Below, piece by piece: positions 27,638-35,950 of a stretch of DNA of 64,000 nucleotides. The notes beneath the pieces are model-generated. The model was not told the DNA's origin. It ran no database searches and was given only the letters and a program-made list of their open reading frames with translations. The position numbers and the translations under genes were made by a program. The DNA is taken from sequence record SRR9188677_85; one strand, 5' to 3'. Positions within the stretch are counted from its first letter, which is position 1. Each line of letters begins with the position of its first letter.

Positions 27638-28900
27638 TTAGCTGTTGTCTGTTTTCTCTCTTATCAGTCTATCTATGTTTTTGCTAATTGTCCCTTTGTC
27701 TGAGACTGATTTCGTAAGTTGTAAGGCTTTTTGATAATGTTGTATAGCCATTATATTGTTATTGTCGGTATAGAGATTGCCTAATAAGGAATGATAAAAA
27801 AGATTGTCATTAAGGGCTAATTTTTCAGCTTCTATAATTGCATTCTTTTTTCCATACACTTTGGAAAAAGCAAAAGTTCTGTTCAATGCAGCCACTGGCG
27901 AATATTCAATTTGCAATAAAATATTATAAAGCTGCAAGATATTTTCCCATTTCTTGTCTTCAACGGACGTTGTATGCCAATAGGCAATTCTTGCTTCCAA
28001 ATGATATTTGGATATTTCATTTCCAGAACAAGCATTGACCAGGTAATAACTACCTCGGTCGATTAACTCCTTGTTCCATAATTTTTTATCTTGTTCATCA
28101 AATAAAATGACTTCCTCCATTTCATTAATTCTTGCCTCCAGTCTTGAACTCTGAAAGCACATTAAAGCAAGCAAGGCATTTGCTTTTGCTGTGTTTGTTA
28201 AAGGATTATCAATCAATGTAAGGTTCAATCTGATTGCTTCTGCGCAAAGGTCTTTCCTTATAAGGTTACTATTTGATTTTGAGAAATAACCTTCATTGAA
28301 AAGAAGATATATTGTAGTCAAAACAGTATCCATCCTTGCTTGTATCTCAAATACATTTAAATTATGAAGTCTAAAATTTTCCTTTCTCAAATTTTCTCGT
28401 GCTCTAAATAAACGCTTTTTTATGGTTTCTTTATTACTTAAAAACGAACTTGCGATTTCCTCTACACTAAATCCACAAAGAATTTGAAGTGCTAAACATA
28501 TCTGTGCTTCATTTGTATTTACCGGATTACATACTGCAAAAATCATCGCCAATTGACTATCGCCGATGTTTTCTTTTGTAAAATCAATAAAAGGCTCCTC
28601 GTTGTCAATTTCTTCGGATTTAATTTTAGGGGTAACTACTTGCTCAAAAAAGGTGTTCCGTTTTAGGTAGTCTTTCGTTTTATTTTTAGCTACTGTGTAT
28701 AGCCATGCTGTTGGATTTTCTGGCAGTCCTTTGATACTCCATATTTCAGTGGCATTCAGGAATGTTTCACTTACAATGTCTTCCGCAATTTCAATATGTT
28801 TTAAACCAAACAGACGACATAAAACAGCGGTCATTTTTGAATATTCCAATCTAAATAAATGTGGTAGTAGCTCTGTGTCTCTTGAAAAATTGCTTGCCAT
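27638..28900 (-). CDS. ECF sigma factor with DUF6596/TPR C-terminal extension (ECF42-like)
   Basis: AEDIVSETF, PTAWLYTVAKN, L.MIFAVCNP, YLLFNEGY, YHLEA.IA, ALNR. Confidence 0.9.
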   Translation of the reverse strand: MASNFSRDTELLPHLFRLEYSKMTAVLCRLFGLKHIEIAEDIVSETFLNATEIWSIKGLPENPTAWLYTVAKNKTKDYLKRNTFFEQVVTPKIKSEEIDNEEPFIDFTKENIGDSQLAMIFAVCNPVNTNEAQICLALQILCGFSVEEIASSFLSNKETIKKRLFRARENLRKENFRLHNLNVFEIQARMDTVLTTIYLLFNEGYFSKSNSNLIRKDLCAEAIRLNLTLIDNPLTNTAKANALLALMCFQSSRLEARINEMEEVILFDEQDKKLWNKELIDRGSYYLVNACSGNEISKYHLEARIAYWHTTSVEDKKWENILQLYNILLQIEYSPVAALNRTFAFSKVYGKKNAIIEAEKLALNDNLFYHSLLGNLYTDNNNIMAIQHYQKALQLTKSVSDKGTISKNIDRLIREKTDNS

Positions 28901-29008
28901 TATTCCTTTACATAATATCTATCTTCTGGTTATATTAACTTTTTGAAAGAATAAGCTTTCGTTTTTACTTTTTAGATTAATTCTTAAAATGTTCAATTCT
29001 CTGGATGC

Positions 29009-29038
29009 AAAAAAGGCCCTGTCTACGACAACAGGGCC
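29009..29038 (-). terminator. Intrinsic terminator between yciI and the ECF42-like sigma
   Basis: GGCCCTGT stem followed by T6 on the minus strand. Confidence 0.7.
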
Positions 29039-29046
29039 AAATTATT

Positions 29047-29403
29047 TTAGCTGTTGTCATCAGACGCTACTACGGCTCTGACTTCAACATTGCCGCCCAG
29101 TTGCAAGATTGGACAGCCACTTGCCATTTCAACAGCCTCATCAATATTAGCGGCTTTTACAACGGTGTAGCCATTGATGAACTCCTTAATTTCTGTGTAA
29201 GGTCCATCGACTACTACATTGTTGGGCTTAACAGTTTTAGCGTTTGAAATGGATAATCTACTACCGCTGGTAACTAATTTGTTTTGAGCAGCTATACCAC
29301 CCATCCAATTCATCCAGTTAGTCAACCCTTCCTGCATTTGCTCGGGTGATGGCGTAAAGTCTGGATTGTGAGAAGTTCTGAAAACTAATACGAATTCTTC
29401 CAT
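29047..29403 (-). CDS. YciI/DGPF family protein
   Basis: VVDGPYTEIKEFINGY, A.GCP, GNVEVR; start moved to ATG 29403. Confidence 0.92.
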   Translation of the reverse strand: MEEFVLVFRTSHNPDFTPSPEQMQEGLTNWMNWMGGIAAQNKLVTSGSRLSISNAKTVKPNNVVVDGPYTEIKEFINGYTVVKAANIDEAVEMASGCPILQLGGNVEVRAVVASDDNS

Positions 29404-29434
29404 TTTTTGAAAATTTTGATTGTTACACCCCAAT

Positions 29435-29461
29435 GACGATTGAAATCCTAAGACGGGGACA
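29435..29461 (-). promoter_or_regulatory. Putative ECF42-type promoter TGTCCC-N17-CGTC
   Basis: Directly upstream of yciI; resembles the TGTC..-N17-CG.C promoters known for ECF42. Confidence 0.55.
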
Positions 29462-29524
29462 ATAAAAATATATTTTTCGTCAATTGCAGAGGTCTCACTA
29501 AATAACAGCTAACCTTAACCACCC

Positions 29525-30088
29525 TCAACGAATATTACCCCGGATCCTGCTCAAATGCCTTGGCGTCACACCGAGCATCGACGCCAGATATTGCAATGGA
29601 ATTTGCTGTAAAAGATGAGGTTCTTCCCTTAGCATTTTTTCATAACGCTGCTCACCGGAAAGTACGATAAGATCATGCCGGCTTTCGTCTATTCCGCATA
29701 TCGCTCCTTCAAGTAATTTGATATAAAACTCCTTGAAATACGGTACCTCGTCTACCAGCATTTTAAGATTGGGTTTGCTGATTAACGAAATGCTGCTGTC
29801 AGTCACCGCTTTTATGTTTTCCATTGAAGGTTTTTCACCCACAAAGCTCAATAGCGAAGCCAGCCAGGTATTTTCAATATTGATGTAGGTCGTCCTTTCC
29901 TCACCATCTTTCAGTACGAAGTAGCGAAACATGCCGGTTTCCACAAAGCCAATGTGTTTGCTGGTTTTGCCTTCTTCGACTATAAAATCATTTTTCCGAC
30001 AATGTTGAAGCGTGAAAGCGTTGAGGATTTTTGTCAGATTTTCTCCTTGAAATCCCTGTAGCTCGAAGTGTTTCTTTAATTTTTCCAT
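29525..30088 (-). CDS. Crp/Fnr family (cNMP-binding) regulator
   Basis: EQRYEKML..PHLLQQIPLQYLASMLGVTPRHLSRIR; start moved to ATG 30088. Confidence 0.9.
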   Translation of the reverse strand: MEKLKKHFELQGFQGENLTKILNAFTLQHCRKNDFIVEEGKTSKHIGFVETGMFRYFVLKDGEERTTYINIENTWLASLLSFVGEKPSMENIKAVTDSSISLISKPNLKMLVDEVPYFKEFYIKLLEGAICGIDESRHDLIVLSGEQRYEKMLREEPHLLQQIPLQYLASMLGVTPRHLSRIRGNIR

Positions 30089-30247
30089 TGGAGGGTTGTA
30101 AGTTAAATTCAGGCTGAGGGTTTGAGTGCTTCTTAATCGGTTCAATTTCAGAAAAAAGAATGAATGAAATAAAAATGACTCAAAAAACCTTCAAAAGGAT
30201 TTTCTGAGTCATTGATGTCTAATTTCTTACCTCGTGGATCTGCTCTG

Positions 30248-30661
30248 TTAAGCGCCTGCAAAGATTACCTTTTTGCCTCTTTTCAGTACATAGCCTTTCC
30301 ACATGAAGAAAGACAAATTACCCTTTCTCCATACATAACCACCTTCTTTTCCGGTTCTTGACAGTATTAAACTGGTTGCAGAGCCAGGCATAAATAACTC
30401 GGCCTTTTTCCTGCTTTTACTAAAAATCACTACCGCTTCGGAGGTAGAAGTACCTTTTGGATTGGTTTCTTGCAAACGGATTTCTTGTTCAAAAAGCCGC
30501 ACACAATCGTTTTTTACGACAGAAAAGGTATAACCAGCCGAAGCAATGCAGCCGTGCTTGTCTTTGTCATTTCCAACTTTTGGAGCAGTGGGTGTTTGCG
30601 CAAAAGAGAAAGCCGAAATGCTGATTAGTAATAAGTTAAGAAGGATTTTTTGGTTACGCAT
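30248..30661 (-). CDS. Exported hypothetical protein
   Basis: Signal peptide; VGNDKDKHGCIASAGY...CVRLFE motif. Confidence 0.75.
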   Translation of the reverse strand: MRNQKILLNLLLISISAFSFAQTPTAPKVGNDKDKHGCIASAGYTFSVVKNDCVRLFEQEIRLQETNPKGTSTSEAVVIFSKSRKKAELFMPGSATSLILSRTGKEGGYVWRKGNLSFFMWKGYVLKRGKKVIFAGA

Positions 30662-30843
30662 TTGGTGTTTGGTTGATGATTAAGTGATTTTGTTTGGTAT
30701 GAAAACTGTAATTTAAACTTATGTTGGTCATCCACAGAGACGCCTTATCCATTAATTTGTCACTGATAAAGAACGTTTTTTTAAACAATTCCAAACTTAT
30801 AACGAAGATGCTGAGAGTAAACGATGAGCTTGGAATTAGAACC

Positions 30844-31338
30844 TCACGAACTCAATTCCCCCATCAACCCTGCTAAATCCAGACTTTTCGTAAACATTTC
30901 AATTGAACCGTCTTCGTGATACGGCCACAGCTCCTTTGGTCGGTCCCAATACAATTCAACGCCATTTCCGTCAGGATCGTTGAGGTACAATGCCTCGGAA
31001 ACGCCATGGTCGCTGGCACCGGTTATGGGGTAATTTGCTTGTCTTAATCTATTGAAAATCGTGGCCAAATCCTTTCTTGTTGGATAAACAATAGCAGTAT
31101 GAAAAAGACCAACGCCATGGCGGGAAGCAGGCGGCGCGTCTTTGCTATACCAAGTGTTTAAGCCAATGTGATGATGATAGCCGCCCGCCGAAATGAAAAC
31201 GGCCTGATCTCCATAACGGGCCGTGATTTCGAAACCAAGTAACCCATGATAAAAATCAAGCGAACGTTCCAGATCGGAAACTTTGAGGTGAACATGGCCT
31301 ATACGGGTTTGGGTGGGGATGGTGTATTCTGGTTGCAT
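30844..31338 (-). CDS. VOC family, catechol 2,3-dioxygenase (CatE)-like
   Basis: IGHVHLKVSDL, GGYHHHIGLNTW, DHGVSEALYLNDPDGNGVELY. Confidence 0.92.
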   Translation of the reverse strand: MQPEYTIPTQTRIGHVHLKVSDLERSLDFYHGLLGFEITARYGDQAVFISAGGYHHHIGLNTWYSKDAPPASRHGVGLFHTAIVYPTRKDLATIFNRLRQANYPITGASDHGVSEALYLNDPDGNGVELYWDRPKELWPYHEDGSIEMFTKSLDLAGLMGELSS

Positions 31339-31404
31339 AGAGATTGACTGGTGTTTGATTCTAAATATATGAATTTTGTGATTGACTGATGCTCGGCTTA
31401 CAAA

Positions 31405-31513
31405 TTTCACGCAAAGTAAAAAAGCTGTCGAATCAGATTAACGCAAAGGGCGCTAAGTCTTCGCGTTCTTTGCCTTTTAGTCCTAAAAAACAGCTTCAAA
31501 ACTTTGCGTGAAA
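31405..31513. repeat. REP/MITE-like element with 13-bp terminal inverted repeats
   Basis: TTTCACGCAAAGT ... ACTTTGCGTGAAA, with an internal ACGCAAAG copy. Confidence 0.65.
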
Positions 31514-31624
31514 CATTTCCTTCAGGCGCAGACTCCCGTCCAACCCCGAACACAAATCGTACGATTTCGAACAATCAAACAATTAAAAAATGCCCTTTAC
31601 AGCTCAAAAAAAAGGTTTCCAAAT

Positions 31625-31640
31625 TTGGCAAGGTATTTGT
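31625..31640 (+). promoter_or_regulatory. Putative sigma54 -24/-12 promoter
   Basis: TTGGCAAGGTATTTGT (TGGCA-N6-TTGT); candidate activator site TCGTACGATTTCGAACA at 31557-31573. Confidence 0.45.
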
Positions 31641-31671
31641 TTTGCATAATTACAACTAATGGATCAAAAGG

Positions 31672-32010
31672 ATGAAACGAACTTTTCTGGGCGAATTTGA
31701 AGAGATTGTTCTGCTAGTGGTTGCGGCTTGTACGGAACAGGCTTACGGCGTGACTATCTGGGAAAGTATTCAGCAATACACAGGACGGTCTATTACGATG
31801 AGCGCCGTTCACGCTACGCTTTACAGGCTGGAAGAAAAGGGATTTTTAACCTCTGAAATGGGTGGAGCAACTGCCGAAAGGGGAGGCCGCAGAAAACGCT
31901 TTTTCAAGGTAACCGCTTACGGAAGCAAAGCCTTACAGGAAATACAGCAAATCCGTCAGGAAATATGGCAGGCGATTCCGCTGGACAAGTTGCAGTTGGT
32001 TCAGTCATAA
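31672..32010 (+). CDS. PadR family transcriptional regulator
   Basis: LGEFEEIVLL, AYGVTI, LYRLEEKG, ERGGRRKRFF. Confidence 0.93.
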   Translation: MKRTFLGEFEEIVLLVVAACTEQAYGVTIWESIQQYTGRSITMSAVHATLYRLEEKGFLTSEMGGATAERGGRRKRFFKVTAYGSKALQEIQQIRQEIWQAIPLDKLQLVQS

Positions 32011-32026
32011 TTTAGCATAACAAACC

Positions 32027-34660
32027 ATGAACCATCCAAACGAAAACCACCCAACGCCGCCAAAGTGGGTCGATTATATTCTTGAAAAATGCATCGCTCC
32101 GCATCTGATCGAAGATGTGCAGGGCGATTTGCATGAAGTTTTTTACAAACGTATAAACTCAGTCGGAGCGTCAAAAGCGGCGTTACAGTATACATTCGCG
32201 GCCCTGATGCATCTCACCCCATATTTCATCAAACGAAAACCATCCCGATATTCTCATTCTCCCTTATTTAGCTATGCCATGTTAAAAAACTATTTCAAAA
32301 TCGCATTTCGAACTTTGGCCAAAAACAAGGTTTACAGTTTCATTAACATCGCCGGACTCGCCATGGGAATGACCGTTGCGATGCTCATCGGACTATGGAT
32401 CCATGACGAGATTTCGTATGATAAGTACCACAGAAATTACGACCGGATTGCGCAGGTAATGCAACATCAGACGCGTAACGGAGAAGTAACAACGCAGCAG
32501 GCGAATCCCTATCCATTGGGCGAAGAACTTCGTCGCAATTATGGCAGCGACTTCAAACACATACTCATGTCGACCTGGACTTACCCGCATATTTTGTCTT
32601 ATGGAGACAAGAAAATCTCGAAGAGCGGCAGTCATATCGAAGAAGCAGCACCCGAAATGCTGACTTTAAAAATGCTGAAAGGAACCTGGGGTGCGTTGAA
32701 GGAACCGTACTCTATTATGCTTTCTGAATCGGTGGCAAAAGCGTTTTTTGGAGATGTCGATCCGATGGATAAAATCATAAAATTCGATAACAACCAGAAT
32801 CTAAAGGTGACCGGAGTTTATGAGGATTTGCCTTACAATTCTACTTTCCGCGGATTGGAGTTCATAGCGCCCTGGTCGCTTTATGAAATTTTAAGTCCGG
32901 GTTTGAAGACAATGGAAGATCCATGGAGACCTAATAACTTCCCGATTTTTGCCCAACTGAATGACAACGCCGACTTTGATAAAGTATCTGCCAAAATCAA
33001 AGACGTTAAAAAGAAAAATATCCGCAAGGAACAATTGAAATTCAAGCCTGATGTTTTTCTGAATCCGATGAGCAAGTGGTATTTATATTCAACTTTTAAA
33101 AACGGTGAAAGAGCAGGTGGAAGAATAGAAAATGTTTGGTTGTTCGGTGTGATCGGTGCATTTGTCTTGTTGCTGGCTTGTATCAATTTTATGAATTTGA
33201 GCACCGCCAGATCCGAAAAACGCGCTCGGGAAGTCGGGATTCGCAAGGCGGTCGGATCGGTTCGCAGGCAGTTAATCACCCAATTTTTCAGTGAATCGTT
33301 GCTCGTTGTCGCGTTTGCTCTTCTTGTTTCTATTGTCCTGGTAGTGGCATTACTGCCTTACTTTAACGAAGTGGCAGACAAGAAGCTGACGATGTTATGG
33401 ACCAACCCTGTTTTTTGGTTGTCAGGGCTGTGTTTCAGTTTATTAACCGCAGTTATAGCTGGAAGTTACCCCGCGCTGTACCTGTCTTCTTTTGAACCGG
33501 TGAAGGTTCTAAAAGGCGCTTACAAAGCCGGAAGATTCGCTGCTTTGCCACGTAAAACTTTGGTTGTTGTTCAATTCACGGTTTCTATCGTTTTGATTAT
33601 TGGTACGATCGTCGTTTACCGTCAGATCCAGTTTGCAAAAAATCGTCAGGTTGGTTACAGCCGTGAGGGATTGCTGACAATCAATCTATCAACACCCGAC
33701 ATTCACAATCACTTTGAGGCTGTTCGAAGCGAGCTGAAAGGGTTGGGTGCGATTGAGGAAATGGCCGAGTCGAGTAGCCCGGCAACCAATTCGTTCTCGT
33801 CAACCAGTGGATTGGACTGGAAAGGAAAAGATCCAACGCTATCCATTGATTTTCAGTATAATGAAGTGACTCATGAATATGGAAAAACAATTGGTTGGAA
33901 GGTACTCGAAGGCCGCGATTTTTCGAAAGATTTTGCTACGGATTCAACAGCGCTCATTGTGAACGAAACGGTGGCCAAATACATGAATTTGAAAAATCCG
34001 GTAGGAGAGACGATGACCTGGTTTGGCAAGCCGTTCATTGTGATTGGCATTGTGAAGGACATGGTTATAGATTCTCCTTATGAGCCGTCGCGCCCATTGA
34101 TTTACACGATGTCGAAAGGACAAGGAATCGTTAATCTTAAATTGAATCCGAAGACAAGTGCGGCCGATGCGATTGCTAAAATAGAAACGGTATTTAAAAA
34201 GTACGATCCCGGAGAGCCATTTCATTACAGCTTTGTGGATCAGGATTATGCGAGCAAATTTTACGACGAACTGCGCATTGCCAAGTTGACTACTTTCTTT
34301 TCTGTACTCGCAATCCTGATCAGTTGTCTTGGTTTGTTTGGTGTAGCCTCTTTCATTGCGGAACAGCGTACCAAAGAGATTGGAGTTCGTAAGGTGTTGG
34401 GTGCTACGGTCATGAATGTTTGGGGAATGCTGTCAAAAGACTTTGTTTTCCTTGTTATTATCGCCTTCGTAATCGCGTCCCCGGTTGCCTATTATTTCCT
34501 TAATGGCTGGCTTGAAAAGTATAAGTATCACACAGAAATTTCCTGGTGGATTTTTGGAGTTACCGGTTTCGGAACGATGCTGATAACGCTGCTGACAGTC
34601 AGTTTCCAGGCAATTAAGGCGGCATTGACGAATCCGATAAAAAGCCTCAGAAGCGAGTAA
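32027..34660 (+). CDS. ABC transporter permease (duplicated MacB/FtsX) with N-terminal prefix domain
   Basis: PPKW..GDLHE prefix; LACINFMNLSTARSEKRAREVGIRK; EQRTKEIGVRKVLGA; NPIKSLRSE. Confidence 0.95.
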   Translation: MNHPNENHPTPPKWVDYILEKCIAPHLIEDVQGDLHEVFYKRINSVGASKAALQYTFAALMHLTPYFIKRKPSRYSHSPLFSYAMLKNYFKIAFRTLAKNKVYSFINIAGLAMGMTVAMLIGLWIHDEISYDKYHRNYDRIAQVMQHQTRNGEVTTQQANPYPLGEELRRNYGSDFKHILMSTWTYPHILSYGDKKISKSGSHIEEAAPEMLTLKMLKGTWGALKEPYSIMLSESVAKAFFGDVDPMDKIIKFDNNQNLKVTGVYEDLPYNSTFRGLEFIAPWSLYEILSPGLKTMEDPWRPNNFPIFAQLNDNADFDKVSAKIKDVKKKNIRKEQLKFKPDVFLNPMSKWYLYSTFKNGERAGGRIENVWLFGVIGAFVLLLACINFMNLSTARSEKRAREVGIRKAVGSVRRQLITQFFSESLLVVAFALLVSIVLVVALLPYFNEVADKKLTMLWTNPVFWLSGLCFSLLTAVIAGSYPALYLSSFEPVKVLKGAYKAGRFAALPRKTLVVVQFTVSIVLIIGTIVVYRQIQFAKNRQVGYSREGLLTINLSTPDIHNHFEAVRSELKGLGAIEEMAESSSPATNSFSSTSGLDWKGKDPTLSIDFQYNEVTHEYGKTIGWKVLEGRDFSKDFATDSTALIVNETVAKYMNLKNPVGETMTWFGKPFIVIGIVKDMVIDSPYEPSRPLIYTMSKGQGIVNLKLNPKTSAADAIAKIETVFKKYDPGEPFHYSFVDQDYASKFYDELRIAKLTTFFSVLAILISCLGLFGVASFIAEQRTKEIGVRKVLGATVMNVWGMLSKDFVFLVIIAFVIASPVAYYFLNGWLEKYKYHTEISWWIFGVTGFGTMLITLLTVSFQAIKAALTNPIKSLRSE

Positions 34661-34685
34661 GGAGTTTTTACACTCATCAGTTTGC

Positions 34686-34729
34686 AAAAAAGTGTTGAAG
34701 AACAGATTTGTCGTTCTTCAACGCTTTTT
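34686..34729. terminator. Bidirectional terminator
   Basis: AAAAAAGTGTTGAAGAAC...GTTCTTCAACGCTTTTT. Confidence 0.75.
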
Positions 34730-34757
34730 ATATTTCAAGCCAAGGCGGTTCTGTAAA

Positions 34758-35612
34758 TCATTTTGCATAAATAACCCTTGCTCCTTCCGATGGGGAAGCA
34801 TATATCTGGTCGCCCTCGCTGCTGAATATAGTCAAAGTCAAGGTATTGCCCGACAATTCAGAATATCGTTCTATGGCTTCAAATACCGATTTGAAATTGA
34901 CATTGTTAGCCTTATAAAGTAGTGCAATAGAATGGTTATCAGGCTCCCAGGAGCCCTTTTGCATGTGGCTGCTTCGGGTAATGTCCAGGTAGCGGTACGG
35001 GTGATCGGGTATTGTTGCGGGCGTTAGTCCAAGCGAGGTAAAGTCATTCATCATCGCTGCTACGAATCTTTCTTTATCTGACCCTGAATAGACTACGCTT
35101 CCAAACACGAGTCCTGAAGGGATTGGATAAACCGCTTCTATGTTGTTGATAAAATAGGGATTCGAAGGAACAGCCAGCGAAACTTTTTCAGCAGATACAT
35201 TCAATTTGGAGGTAACCTTAACCGAATGGGCTACGAATTCGAAATCGTACGTTCCGGCTTTTAGTTCATCATCAGGAATGTAGATACTACCGTTTGACTC
35301 ACACAAATTATCATTTCTCCACCCCGGAAATTTGGCACATTCTCCTTTGTCAGTCGCCTTTAACAACTCGACGGTAATTACCTTATTTTTGATGGCATAG
35401 CCAAAATGGAGATCGTAATCATGCGTAAGGCCTTGGTTGTTTGTAAAGTCAAACAGCAACCCTCTTCCTTTTTCCGAAAGTGCGTCGTGATGCCAATATA
35501 GCGAAAAGCCTTTCTCACTTGCCAGTTGAGCATTGGGATCAACATCCTTTTTACAACTGAAAATGAAAATGAAGAAGCAAGTCAGGCTTGTGTATATCAG
35601 TAATTTTTTCAT
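34758..35612 (-). CDS. Hypothetical lipoprotein
   Basis: Lipobox IFSC followed by KKD. Confidence 0.75.
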   Translation of the reverse strand: MKKLLIYTSLTCFFIFIFSCKKDVDPNAQLASEKGFSLYWHHDALSEKGRGLLFDFTNNQGLTHDYDLHFGYAIKNKVITVELLKATDKGECAKFPGWRNDNLCESNGSIYIPDDELKAGTYDFEFVAHSVKVTSKLNVSAEKVSLAVPSNPYFINNIEAVYPIPSGLVFGSVVYSGSDKERFVAAMMNDFTSLGLTPATIPDHPYRYLDITRSSHMQKGSWEPDNHSIALLYKANNVNFKSVFEAIERYSELSGNTLTLTIFSSEGDQIYASPSEGARVIYAK

Positions 35613-35651
35613 GTCGTTGGCTGTCAGAAAGTGACAATGTCTTGGCTATTT

Positions 35652-35682
35652 GAAGACGAAAAGTGACTATAATTGGTTGTAA
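35652..35682 (-). promoter_or_regulatory. ECF-type promoter TTACAACCAATTA-N12-GTCTTC (copy 1)
   Basis: Both blocks and the spacing are identical to copy 2 at 39232-39262. Confidence 0.65.
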
Positions 35683-35809
35683 GCGATTGGTTTAATTTAG
35701 AGTAAAAAAAAAGAGCAACTTGGTATTAAGATTTGTAAAAGTGAATGTTCCTAGGTATTCTTCGGCCTCTCCCAGGTGGTTTAAACAGCCTGCAATGAAA
35801 GTACTGAAT

Positions 35810-35833
35810 TTTGCAGGTGACAACACCTGCAAA
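35810..35833. repeat. REP-like hairpin TTTGCAGGTG-ACAA-CACCTGCAAA
   Basis: Perfect 10-bp stem with a 4-nt loop. Confidence 0.6.
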
Positions 35834-35950
35834 GGCAGAAGAAGTGGAAACTCTTAGGTGTCCTTAGGCGACTTAGTTGGTTATTTTGCATAAACAACAC
35901 TTCTATTGCTAGGAATTTTACCACCTAGGAGTAACCTAAGATTCATCAAA

